This document shows positions 52,199-61,412 of a stretch of 64,000 nucleotides of DNA, piece after piece. The number at the start of each line of letters is the position of its first letter. The first letter of the stretch is position 1. The notes below the pieces were generated by a model. It searched no databases. It had not been told where the DNA came from and saw nothing but the letters and a program-made list of their open reading frames with translations. This DNA is from a virus, in the IMG/VR virus record IMGVR_UViG_3300021476_000423, positions 1 to 64,000 of that record. One strand, given 5' to 3'. The position numbers were made by a program, and so were the translations under genes.

Positions 52199-52407
52199 GT
52201 GAATTCACTTTCATCGGTTGTAACGATAGAAATTCCATCAAACGATAAGGCTTGACCTTTTAGTTCGAAAAGCCAATTGAGCCAAAGTCGTGTTGTTTCA
52301 TTTATGATAAGAGAATGATAAGGTGCATTGAACTCTTGCCACTGCTTAACGACTTCATCCCAATCAATTTGAGCATTGTCCAACTGCTGTTGGTTGGCGA
52401 ATTCCAT
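52195..52407 (-). CDS. LANQ-tagged small protein
   Basis: Begins MEFANQQQLDNA. TAATG overlap with the PolB stop. Confidence 0.7.
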   Translation of the reverse strand: MEFANQQQLDNAQIDWDEVVKQWQEFNAPYHSLIINETTRLWLNWLFELKGQALSFDGISIVTTDESEFT

Positions 52408-54539
52408 TATGCCAACACCGTTTGGCTTGCTGGCATAATCTTCTCCTTCTTGTATTTGCTAACCTCTTCAATTACACCAAGTCTCCACATGAGGGGGTCT
52501 AACTGATGAGATACATACCAAGAGTAGTCAATCTCGCCCTGTTGAACCAGATTGATGAGTTTAGGTATTGCGCCCCTAGTCATATAGTATTGCACCACAC
52601 CATACTCTACCATATCGGTGGGAACCCATCCTGTCTTCATGGCTTCTTTGAGCGCCTTAACGTGCTGTGGCGTTCCTATCCGCCGCATCTTCCCGTCCTT
52701 TCCCTTCCTCATGCCCCCATATTCATCCACATCCTTCCCCATGTGTTTCTCCATGACAAGTAGAGGGTCGTAGACTCCTGAGAAGAGTTTGTCCTTGGTG
52801 TCTTCATAGAAAGCCATGATTTGTTCCTTGGGGGTCTTGGTCACTAGGAACCGCTTTATGGCATCCTGTGTCATCCTTGCCAATTCGCACCAATCGCCCC
52901 GCAAACCTTCCATACCTGCTTCTTCAAATTTATCCACAACCTCTCCCGTTTTGTCAATGTGGACAATTCCAAAGTAACGCTTTTTGGCCTTCTCACCTTT
53001 GGCCGACTTGGGGAAAGTTATGAGTGACCAGAAGTTCTCCCTCCCGTAGACGATGTTATCCACATTGTAGGTCTTCCGAACATACTCATTGATGAGGTCA
53101 CGAATGGTGTCGGCCTCATCCATCGTTCCCACTACAAAGCAGGAATCTGTGTCCAGATAGAGAACCGTATAGCCCAATGAGGTAAGAAATTCCTTAACGT
53201 GAGTCTCAATATCCCTGCCGTGGAAAGTCACACTATCTGCTACTTCGACAGATTTGAAACGATAGTAAGATGAGGCAAAGATGCCATAGAGAGCATTGAC
53301 CGCAATCTTGTAAGCCCATTTCTCTATCTTATCTTTGGCGTTCCGTTTTCCATAGAGAAGTTCCATGACGATTGGCTCAATCAACTTGAACTTACCCAAT
53401 GGGGCCAACTTCCATGCCAATAGAATATTGGGGTATAGTGAATCAACATCATACTGTAAGACGTTCTCGAAGGTTCCCATGCGAAGGATGTCCACCAGAC
53501 CGCCCGGATATTTGGGCCTAGTCTTGTAAGCCGTTTTACAGGGTAAAACCCACCCTATTTGGTGAGCATACTTGAGAAAATACTGGTCTAATACTGGTGT
53601 AATAGTAATCATCTGTTTGAGGGGATGGACTCCAAAGATTTGGTCAGGAAAGACATGGCCCTGTTTGGCTAACTGTGTCATCACACGACTATACTCCTGT
53701 TTCTCATCTATCTTACCAGTGAACTCAGCATCCCATAGCACTCTCTCCTGAAGTTGTTCGTCTGGTAGTGTGCTAAGTCGAGTATTGACAAAAGGTTTCC
53801 TCTCATCGAAAAGTCGTCTTGCCACCTTACCAAGTGCCCACTGACTTCTGAAATTCTTGCTCATGAATCTGTAGGCCAATGAAATGTCTGCAAACCGAGT
53901 TTGAGAGAAGTCGAACTTGACCTTATTGTAGGCTAGTCGCTTGGCAAAATAGGGAACGTCCCACTCTTTGCTATTCCAACCCTTCATGAGAGCAATCTTG
54001 TTCTCGGTGATAAAGTCGGTTGCCCCTTGTAGAACCTTGGCTTCCGAACTCTCTGTTCCCTGTTGAGTGATAGGATTGTATGTCCACGCATATCTTTGGC
54101 CTTTGTAAACTATACCAATGGCTGTGATTGGTTCGTTAGCGAGTTCAGGATTGGGCCTTCCACTGCTATCATCTTCCTCTGTATCCCAAGAGGCTTGATT
54201 CGGATAGTCGTCGCAAGTCAAGTTCTCGTCTAACATCCACACTCCAACATACTTTTTGTCGGCTTCATAGACGCTGATGGACTTGCTCTCAGCATAGTTA
54301 CGAAAGTTCTTTACCTGCCCCGGAACATTGAACAGATACTTTTTGGTTGATTCCTCAGTATCGAAGGTGCGAAGGTCTACCCTCTCGAATTTGGCGGCAG
54401 TATTGAGTTCTCGGTTGGCCGGAATGTAGCAGTAGGGTGGAATAGGGTCATTGATGATTTCCATTTCGCCATTTCGCCAAACCTTCATTTTGACCCTGTT
54501 ACCATCAATGATGTAATTGGCACTGTCGAAAGGAATCAT
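52407..54539 (-). CDS. polB: Family B DNA polymerase
   Basis: Exonuclease motifs WDTE and GWNSKEWD. Polymerase motifs YDVDSLYP, KIAVNALYG, YLDTDS and KKRY. Start reassigned to ATG 54539. Confidence 0.95.
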   Translation of the reverse strand: MIPFDSANYIIDGNRVKMKVWRNGEMEIINDPIPPYCYIPANRELNTAAKFERVDLRTFDTEESTKKYLFNVPGQVKNFRNYAESKSISVYEADKKYVGVWMLDENLTCDDYPNQASWDTEEDDSSGRPNPELANEPITAIGIVYKGQRYAWTYNPITQQGTESSEAKVLQGATDFITENKIALMKGWNSKEWDVPYFAKRLAYNKVKFDFSQTRFADISLAYRFMSKNFRSQWALGKVARRLFDERKPFVNTRLSTLPDEQLQERVLWDAEFTGKIDEKQEYSRVMTQLAKQGHVFPDQIFGVHPLKQMITITPVLDQYFLKYAHQIGWVLPCKTAYKTRPKYPGGLVDILRMGTFENVLQYDVDSLYPNILLAWKLAPLGKFKLIEPIVMELLYGKRNAKDKIEKWAYKIAVNALYGIFASSYYRFKSVEVADSVTFHGRDIETHVKEFLTSLGYTVLYLDTDSCFVVGTMDEADTIRDLINEYVRKTYNVDNIVYGRENFWSLITFPKSAKGEKAKKRYFGIVHIDKTGEVVDKFEEAGMEGLRGDWCELARMTQDAIKRFLVTKTPKEQIMAFYEDTKDKLFSGVYDPLLVMEKHMGKDVDEYGGMRKGKDGKMRRIGTPQHVKALKEAMKTGWVPTDMVEYGVVQYYMTRGAIPKLINLVQQGEIDYSWYVSHQLDPLMWRLGVIEEVSKYKKEKIMPASQTVLA

Positions 54540-54673
54540 ATTTGAACTATACACCCACAATCAAGACCCAATTGAAGAGGAAATCCAAGCCAATAACTCA
54601 TTAGCATCCGATACCCATGTTCTGGACACTTGATAAGATTCCATCCTAATTTGTCTTGATTTGCTAACTTCAT
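54536..54673 (-). CDS. LANQ-tagged 45-aa Zn-binding microprotein (absent from the ORF track)
   Basis: MKLANQDKLGWNLIKCPEHGYRMLMSYWLGFPLQLGLDCGCIVQI*. Overlaps the PolB start and the upstream stop. Confidence 0.7.
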   Translation of the reverse strand: MKLANQDKLGWNLIKCPEHGYRMLMSYWLGFPLQLGLDCGCIVQI

Positions 54674-54855
54674 AGTTCCCACCTACAGTTGCAGGACAGA
54701 TACAGCGTAATTCTGATGCAACCACAATCTTCATTCACCCAAGTAACCTGCAAAACGTCTTTAGTGCCATGTGTTGGACAAACTGCTTTGAAGCCACCAA
54801 CTTCTTTGGAGTTGCTTGCCTCATCTAGTTCGATTTGATTCGCAAGGTCAGACAT
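54670..54855 (-). CDS. LANQ-tagged small Zn-binding protein
   Basis: Begins MSDLANQIELDEA. CPTHG...LSCNC resembles CPEHG...LDCGC of the neighbour. Confidence 0.7.
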   Translation of the reverse strand: MSDLANQIELDEASNSKEVGGFKAVCPTHGTKDVLQVTWVNEDCGCIRITLYLSCNCRWEL

Positions 54856-55285
54856 CTTGAATCACCATTCTAATGATTTCGTAGAGGTCGGGGTCTGACT
54901 GCTCTAAAGTCTCCAAACGTGGCGGCATCAATCCAGCCACTCTAGCGTGGTCAACCATCTGAGGAATGGACTCTAGGACTTTGGTGCATGGGGCCAACTC
55001 GTGACATTGCTCAAAGTAATCTTGACAATACTTGATAGCATCGTCAGGCGAGACCTTGAGAACGGAGATGAAGTAGGGGGCTATCACAAGCCACAATAGT
55101 CGCATCCTGCCGTCTCTGACGGGGTGCATCAACAGTTTAGGAATGTAAGCATAACTCGTAGGGTCTCCGCCCGGAAGACTTGGCGAATGCTCCTGCTCTG
55201 ACCTCTTGAATTGCGCCATAAAGGTCTCAACATTGTATTGAGCCTTCGTTTTGTCGTCCATTGACAAAGAATCGGAAGAGGCCAT
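54848..55285 (-). CDS. priX: PriX-like primase non-catalytic subunit
   Basis: YAYIPKLLMHPVRDGRMRLLWLVIAPYFISV...AIKYCQDYFEQC resembles the PriX helical domain as I recall it. Confidence 0.65.
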   Translation of the reverse strand: MASSDSLSMDDKTKAQYNVETFMAQFKRSEQEHSPSLPGGDPTSYAYIPKLLMHPVRDGRMRLLWLVIAPYFISVLKVSPDDAIKYCQDYFEQCHELAPCTKVLESIPQMVDHARVAGLMPPRLETLEQSDPDLYEIIRMVIQDV

Positions 55286-55297
55286 ATTAAGGATTCT

Positions 55298-56284
55298 CTA
55301 CTCTTTCTTGGCCTCTTTCTGAACAGCCTTTACTGCCTCTAGTTCCTTCTTGTCAGTATTCTGGAATCCTTGGTCGGTGATAAGAAGTGGTAACTTGTAT
55401 CCATACTCTGGCAGATTGGGATACCTTATTACTACCAACTCTCTCGAACCGTGGGGCGAAGTCATCTTCTTGAAACCGAAGAGGACTTTGTGAGTATGGC
55501 CAATGGCTTTGCCACCCTTCTCCTTCAGAAAATTCTCATCCATAAAAGAGAACATATTGGTAGGGTCATAGGAAAGATGGTTGGTCGTGAAGACATAGAT
55601 GGGTTTGCCAGTCTTGGCCTTTCGCTTGGCACATAACTCTTTGACGGTGCTGAAGAAAGCCTCTTCGACTTGCGACCTGAGACCCAAGTTCTGTCGGCCC
55701 CCTGACGCAAGAACATTGAAGACCGTGATAGAGTCGAAGACCACATATCGGATGTCCTTCTCATTGATAAGTTTGTTGAAAGCAGAGTTCTCAGTATCGA
55801 CCCTTATGGTCTTGAACTCGAACTTCGCTCCCTTTTGTTTCTCTTCAGCCTTCTTGTTGGCCTCTTCCTGACGCTTGGTTAGGTCTTCGGTAGATTCGCC
55901 CTTTTGAGGCTTCAGTGACTTTGCTTGTGCTTCTGGCGCTTCTGAGATGATGACCTTCCCATAGACTCCTATGAGAGCCAACATCTCTTCGACATTGGGG
56001 ATGTATTGATAATGGACAACAGGTTCCACACCATACTTCTTGGCAAAGATTTCTTGCCACGGCTTGTGTGGCTCCATATTCAACTCATTGTCCTTCTCGA
56101 TTTCGACGGTGAACATAAAATCGTCTGGCTCTTCAGTGTCGAAGTAGGCAACCTCGCCGCCCTCTTCCTTTACAATCAGATATCCTTGCTCATAGGCAAA
56201 GAGACTTTTGCCAGCCTGTTTCATGCCACACGCACCTGTGATAACCGATGAAGGCATGGGTAGATTGGTTTTGAGAAACTTCAT
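55298..56284 (-). CDS. RadA/RadB-like RecA-family ATPase
   Basis: Motifs GMKQAGKS, YFDTE, VVFDSI, TTNH, GGKAIGH and YPNLPE...ITDQGF. No N-terminal HhH domain. Confidence 0.8.
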   Translation of the reverse strand: MKFLKTNLPMPSSVITGACGMKQAGKSLFAYEQGYLIVKEEGGEVAYFDTEEPDDFMFTVEIEKDNELNMEPHKPWQEIFAKKYGVEPVVHYQYIPNVEEMLALIGVYGKVIISEAPEAQAKSLKPQKGESTEDLTKRQEEANKKAEEKQKGAKFEFKTIRVDTENSAFNKLINEKDIRYVVFDSITVFNVLASGGRQNLGLRSQVEEAFFSTVKELCAKRKAKTGKPIYVFTTNHLSYDPTNMFSFMDENFLKEKGGKAIGHTHKVLFGFKKMTSPHGSRELVVIRYPNLPEYGYKLPLLITDQGFQNTDKKELEAVKAVQKEAKKE

Positions 56285-56615
56285 TGACGAACCTTCGATT
56301 GCAAGGTATAAAAGGATTCTACTTAATGTAGAAGGTTTCGTCAGGATTGGGTTTTTCTTCGCCTTTCATCGCCTCTTCAGTTTGTTTGATGAATTCGTCA
56401 AAATTGTGGGCGTGGAGCATCACCATCTCCAAGTCGGCCTTATAGTTGGCGAGTAGAATACCAGTCTTGCGATTTTGGTCTTGAAGAAGACCCTTCATGC
56501 CGATGAGCAATAGTGTCTCAAACAGAAGGACGGCGGCGAGAACGCCAATTGCGGTAGGTTCAATCCAAGACATACCCTATACCCCTTTTTAAAGCCGTAG
56601 GACTTAATAAAGATT

Positions 56616-58103
56616 CTAGGTGAAACTCACGCCACCCGCATAAAGCGGCAAAAGAGATGGATTAAGTGCTCCTAACCACGACGCTGTTATGACATTGTTC
56701 TGAGCCGCTACTTCCCACACTGAGACAGGAGGATAGCCAAAATGCGGCAAGACGGTTTGAATCACTTCTGGTGCACCCCAAGTCACACCAAGGTCATGAC
56801 TAACTTGGCACTTCATGTTTGAGAAGTTATCGGTGTAAACTACAATCAAAGTCGTTCCAACTGCGGCTATCGAAACCCCCGGACAATCACCGTTGATTGT
56901 GGGAATTGTATCAAGCAATGTTTCAGAACTTGTTGTGCCATCACCAATATTGTAGGTTATGAAGTAAATCTGACCTGCCCCCTCTCCCGGCGGTGCGACC
57001 GTCCAAGTATTGTGGGGATAAACTATGTAGGCAATGTTTCCCACAACTACTGCATCGCTAAACTGTTGAGAGAAAACTCTAGGCATATTGAAGTGACTCC
57101 ATATAGTGCCTCCATCTGTCGTGTAATAGAGTGTGGATTGAGTGGCCAATTCTTCACCCCAAAATGCGATGTTGTTATCGTTTGTTTGAGAAATCACAAG
57201 TTTCGGTGCGTCGTTTGTCCATTGGAAATCGACATTGGATTGTGTAACCATTAGATTGCTAACCCCATTTTTCCATATTGCCCATTTCTGAATCCCACCA
57301 CTGAATGGTGCTCCCCAAAGAGTTGCCGCCCAAAAGTTTCCAGTCGAATCTACATCGAAGGTAGGAAACTGGTAGGCATAAGGCGTGATGATGAGTTGTT
57401 CTGGTATACCCCATGTTATTGTTCCATCAGAATTGGGCGTTCCCCATCGCCAATAGAAGTAACGGAAGAAATTGTAGTAGAATCCGTAGTAAAAGCGATT
57501 CAAAGCAGGATAGTAGTTTACACCGCCCCCAAAGAAGGGAACATCTGCAAAACTAGCACTGAGTTGAGTTGCGGTGCTCCAAGTCATTCCATCAGGACTT
57601 GTCTGATAGTAAATGTAGTTTCCAATGCCAACATAGAACGACCAAAAGAGACCGCTTGCAAAGAAAATCATAGGCATATCGTTTGTGTTATTGAGACCTG
57701 CTGAATTTTGGGTTTCAGCAACAAAACTGTTGGCATCTGGCACTGCTTGGAAGGGTGGGCCAATCTCAATTGCAGAGACATCTACAGTGTAGACTTGCGG
57801 CTGACCGCCCATGTGAGTGTTACCAACGTTAGTAATTTTCACATTATGACCCACACCTTCGACATCAACCAAAACCTCTTGCTGACTCTGCCATGCCCTC
57901 AATGTGGTCTCTATGTCCTCTTTGTTGACGAAATCTTGTGGAACCACTACAGAAAGATGATACTCGGTATTGAAGGCTCCAATCGGTATCATCGTATCGC
58001 TGTAGGCTTGAACTCGACTGTAGAGCCTACGTTTGGCCTTTAGAGTGGCCTTGAAGTTGGCCACTTCAAGATGAATTCCGCCAAGTGTAATCTGAGTCGG
58101 CAT
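56616..58103 (-). CDS. Tail-associated protein with BNR beta-propeller
   Basis: About 115-aa N-terminal domain followed by Asp-boxes SPDGMTW, TTDGGTIW and SHDLGVTW. Confidence 0.65.
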   Translation of the reverse strand: MPTQITLGGIHLEVANFKATLKAKRRLYSRVQAYSDTMIPIGAFNTEYHLSVVVPQDFVNKEDIETTLRAWQSQQEVLVDVEGVGHNVKITNVGNTHMGGQPQVYTVDVSAIEIGPPFQAVPDANSFVAETQNSAGLNNTNDMPMIFFASGLFWSFYVGIGNYIYYQTSPDGMTWSTATQLSASFADVPFFGGGVNYYPALNRFYYGFYYNFFRYFYWRWGTPNSDGTITWGIPEQLIITPYAYQFPTFDVDSTGNFWAATLWGAPFSGGIQKWAIWKNGVSNLMVTQSNVDFQWTNDAPKLVISQTNDNNIAFWGEELATQSTLYYTTDGGTIWSHFNMPRVFSQQFSDAVVVGNIAYIVYPHNTWTVAPPGEGAGQIYFITYNIGDGTTSSETLLDTIPTINGDCPGVSIAAVGTTLIVVYTDNFSNMKCQVSHDLGVTWGAPEVIQTVLPHFGYPPVSVWEVAAQNNVITASWLGALNPSLLPLYAGGVSFT

Positions 58104-58149
58104 CTAGTAGTAGAGGGGGAGGTAGGCTTATAAGCCTTAAGATTAGGCA

Positions 58150-60105
58150 TCATGTAATGTAGATGGGCGCACACAGAAATGTCGGTGTTGCTTCAATAGA
58201 CGATACAACAAATGATGGACTCCAAGTTATTCCAAGGTCAAGACTTCGCAGATGACTCACCGTATTAGCGGCATTTGAAACATAGAAAACATCCAGTTGG
58301 GTTAAGGAATTGGTAGAGATTGTTGGATAGGTTCCTGCGGCAAGAAGAGTGGCCGAACTCCAACTGAGTGCTCCATTGTTGAACGTCCAGAAGTAGATGT
58401 TGCCATCATTGGCGGCGGCAACAGCATACAGAGTGCTTCCCACAATCACAAAATTGGCTTGGGCAAACAATGTGGTAGGTGGCATTACAGTGTTAATGGA
58501 AGGAGAAGTCCATGAGGAACCCTGATTGTCAGACCATTGAACCACCAAATCGAAAGCATTGTTCCCTGCCACTACTATCCGATTTGAAGGAAATTCACCA
58601 ATAAAAGGTGGGTAAGGTGTGAAACCCTGACTAATTGCCGAAATCGTAGTCCATACGACTCCGCCATTAGTGGATTTAGCCATCGAAAATTGTGGGCCGA
58701 GTGTATTTGTGCCAGCATAGAGAGTTCCAACGGAATCAAGGAAAATGTTGCTCTCATTTGATACGGCGAATCCTGTAGAAACAAAAAGCCAATTAGCCGC
58801 CCAAGTAATGGTTCCATTTGAATTGAGGGTTCCTGTTCTGTAGATAAATCCCCACGCAAAAAAACCTGTCGCAGAAATAGCACAATAGACAGTCGAACCA
58901 TTCACCCAAGTTGAAAGAGCATAAGGTGAGTTGGTAAGATTGATAAAACCGCCCGGAAATGGCCCCATAGAGGTTGTTGCACTCCATGTGACTCCATCCG
59001 ATGATGTTGCAAAACCAAAATCAGGACTACCATCATAAAAGAAGGCCCAAGACAATCCATTTGCAAACCAAATCTTCCTCTCTTCGGCGTAGGCCGTTGG
59101 TGATGCGACACCAGTAGCATCGATGGTAACGGGAGCATGACCTCCCTTCCAAAATCTAACATTGTCTGCTGAATCCGACCACATAACAAAACCATTCGCA
59201 AGCGCCGGAACAGAGAGGTCGATGTTTGTCTCGGTATCAGTTTTGACGATAGTGCTATTAATGTCATACAACTGCTGTTTAGTCGCTGTAACAGCCAAAG
59301 CGTCTGTGGTAGGGATAGGCTTTCCAACCCACCCTCCACCCGAAATCTTATCCACTTCAAATAGATAGCCAGTGGCTTGTTTTGTAGGAGTCACTATCTC
59401 AAGTGGACTGGCGTTGGTAAGTCTAGAGGCCAACCAATTGTAAGTAGCGATAGAAACCTTTGGAATTATGACGGCATAGGAATTGCTTCCAATACCGAGT
59501 TGCTGAATGATGTCAAAAGCATTGGGAATCGTTTGAGATAGAGTTTTTTTAGGTATGGTAAGGTCAAATTCCGACCCACCCTGATTGATGTAAGCCATAC
59601 TTCCGAGAGCAACATAATCAACATACATCTTATGGTTGGCTTGCATTTGAATGCCATAAACAGTTTGAGGAACGATGATAGAAAGGGAAAACCACTCATA
59701 CTGAGTGCTAACGGGTGTAACTGTAATGGTCTGAAAAGGAGTGCTTGTATTATCGAGAAATTGAATGGTCAAAGTAGCACTTGCGGCACTGGCCGTTCTT
59801 GCTCGCACTCTCAATAGAGCGATTTGATTAGCCGGAATACCCACTTGGAAATTGTGTCTCGCATATCCTACCTGACCTTCAGGAAGAATGAGTTCATCTC
59901 CATTAGTGATGATGGGACTTGCTGTTGGTGCAAAAACCCCTTTAGTAGTTATTGTGTCATTCGCAAAAGTGATAGTCTGAAAGGAACTTCCTACCGTAGA
60001 GGGGATATTGGTATCCATCCAACCAATGGTCTGGTCAGTCATACGGAAAGAATCTTCCTTCCAAGTGAGCCATCTTATTTCAAGTCCGAGAGGAGGATTG
60101 GTCAT
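58150..60105 (-). CDS. Tail-associated protein with BNR beta-propeller
   Basis: Asp-boxes SSDGVTW, STNGGVVW, SDNQGSSW and SLDLGITW. Confidence 0.65.
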   Translation of the reverse strand: MTNPPLGLEIRWLTWKEDSFRMTDQTIGWMDTNIPSTVGSSFQTITFANDTITTKGVFAPTASPIITNGDELILPEGQVGYARHNFQVGIPANQIALLRVRARTASAASATLTIQFLDNTSTPFQTITVTPVSTQYEWFSLSIIVPQTVYGIQMQANHKMYVDYVALGSMAYINQGGSEFDLTIPKKTLSQTIPNAFDIIQQLGIGSNSYAVIIPKVSIATYNWLASRLTNASPLEIVTPTKQATGYLFEVDKISGGGWVGKPIPTTDALAVTATKQQLYDINSTIVKTDTETNIDLSVPALANGFVMWSDSADNVRFWKGGHAPVTIDATGVASPTAYAEERKIWFANGLSWAFFYDGSPDFGFATSSDGVTWSATTSMGPFPGGFINLTNSPYALSTWVNGSTVYCAISATGFFAWGFIYRTGTLNSNGTITWAANWLFVSTGFAVSNESNIFLDSVGTLYAGTNTLGPQFSMAKSTNGGVVWTTISAISQGFTPYPPFIGEFPSNRIVVAGNNAFDLVVQWSDNQGSSWTSPSINTVMPPTTLFAQANFVIVGSTLYAVAAANDGNIYFWTFNNGALSWSSATLLAAGTYPTISTNSLTQLDVFYVSNAANTVSHLRSLDLGITWSPSFVVSSIEATPTFLCAPIYIT

Positions 60106-61371
60106 TTATGGAGTCACTTCTATGATAGTGTATGCAGTAGCAGTAACACCATTGTTGTCTGTTCCGATAAGTTCGAACAAGGCTCTATAGCCAGCCGCCG
60201 CCCCGGTAAGTTCAATGTAAACAGGAATCAAATCTGAGGCAAATGGAGTGTCCCTTGTGTATGTTCCTGCTGGAATCACAAAGTCAACAAAAGTGTTTAG
60301 AGGAGTTCCATTAATCGTAGAAGTGGCTTGATTGATAATACTATGAATATCGGATGGAATTTTGAAGGAAATATGGATGTCGGCAGGTTGCGAGTATGTA
60401 GGTTCAAGCGGATAATATTGGAAACCCAACTGCACATTAGGTGGAGCCGCCGATGCCGATAAAGAGACCTTGTTGGTAAATATCTGAGTCTGATAGCCAA
60501 GAACCGAATCCGCCTCAGACGCGGTATGGGTAAACAATAATGCACCAAAAAGCACAATATGGTCTGCAAAGACTCCTGTGACTGAGTTGATTTCGTCTCT
60601 TGGTGTTCCACGGCCAATTTCTATCGTCTGGTCTATCATGAACCCTTGGACATTATCCACATACAAATTGAATGTGCCATTGTTACTGTCGGCATTCACA
60701 AACGTTGATTGTGTTGGAATTGTTGGCGTAGGATTGTGAGTTACCTCATAAACTCCTAATCCATACTGTGCCGCACTCTGAGAGACCACCAAAGTAAAAC
60801 TGCAAGCCGCAAAAGAATTGGTAAGTGGGTCATGAGCATAAATATTGACTTGATAGGATGGAGGATGATTAGGACTAATCTTACCACCAGTGTTTTGTGG
60901 ATTTATCCAAAGTGTTTGGAAGTTCGTAGCGACATAGGTATTGAGTGAATTGCTAACATTCGGAGTAAGCATAAAAGGAAGAGTGGCTTTCCATCCTTCG
61001 TTGGTTCCATCCCACACTCCTTGCACCCAATTGAGATGGGTTGACCCTATAAGAATAGGTAGAGGTGCACCATCGGTTGGCACAGTTGTCGCATCTGCCG
61101 GAGAAAGATTGGGGTCTACTGTAGTGTCAATTTTCTTAATGAAAAACGACATCGTAAGAGGATTATTGAATCCTTTGATTGCAGAGACGTATATTGTGAC
61201 GCTATCCTTCGTTGTAGTGGTTTGAGCATTTTTAGTAGACTGAAGGGTGCTTGAAGGGGGATTAGGTTCGGAGGGGGGATTGGCCGGAACCGTGTAGTTT
61301 TGGGGCACTTGAATGAGAGCATTATCTACCCCTATCTGATAGTCGGATGCTAGAGCCGGAACCGCAGACAT
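60106..61371 (-). CDS. Putative tail/virion protein
   Basis: T/N/P-rich beta composition. Shares the module FNLYVDNVQGFMIDQTIEIG..E...TGVF...HTA with the upstream gene. Confidence 0.6.
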   Translation of the reverse strand: MSAVPALASDYQIGVDNALIQVPQNYTVPANPPSEPNPPSSTLQSTKNAQTTTTKDSVTIYVSAIKGFNNPLTMSFFIKKIDTTVDPNLSPADATTVPTDGAPLPILIGSTHLNWVQGVWDGTNEGWKATLPFMLTPNVSNSLNTYVATNFQTLWINPQNTGGKISPNHPPSYQVNIYAHDPLTNSFAACSFTLVVSQSAAQYGLGVYEVTHNPTPTIPTQSTFVNADSNNGTFNLYVDNVQGFMIDQTIEIGRGTPRDEINSVTGVFADHIVLFGALLFTHTASEADSVLGYQTQIFTNKVSLSASAAPPNVQLGFQYYPLEPTYSQPADIHISFKIPSDIHSIINQATSTINGTPLNTFVDFVIPAGTYTRDTPFASDLIPVYIELTGAAAGYRALFELIGTDNNGVTATAYTIIEVTP

Positions 61372-61412
61372 ACTGAAGTAAATACCCTTCTGTGCTTATT
61401 AAGCCTTCTAAT

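Noticed and set aside
54540-54560. PolB start at GTG 54560 as given in the ORF track
   Set aside because: That segment belongs to the upstream 45-aa tagged ORF. ATG 54539 forms the typical ATGA overlap.
221-54855. LANQ motif as a DNA repeat, attC-like site or CRISPR repeat
   Set aside because: Nucleotide sequences differ at synonymous positions and show no palindrome or fixed spacing. Conservation is at protein level.
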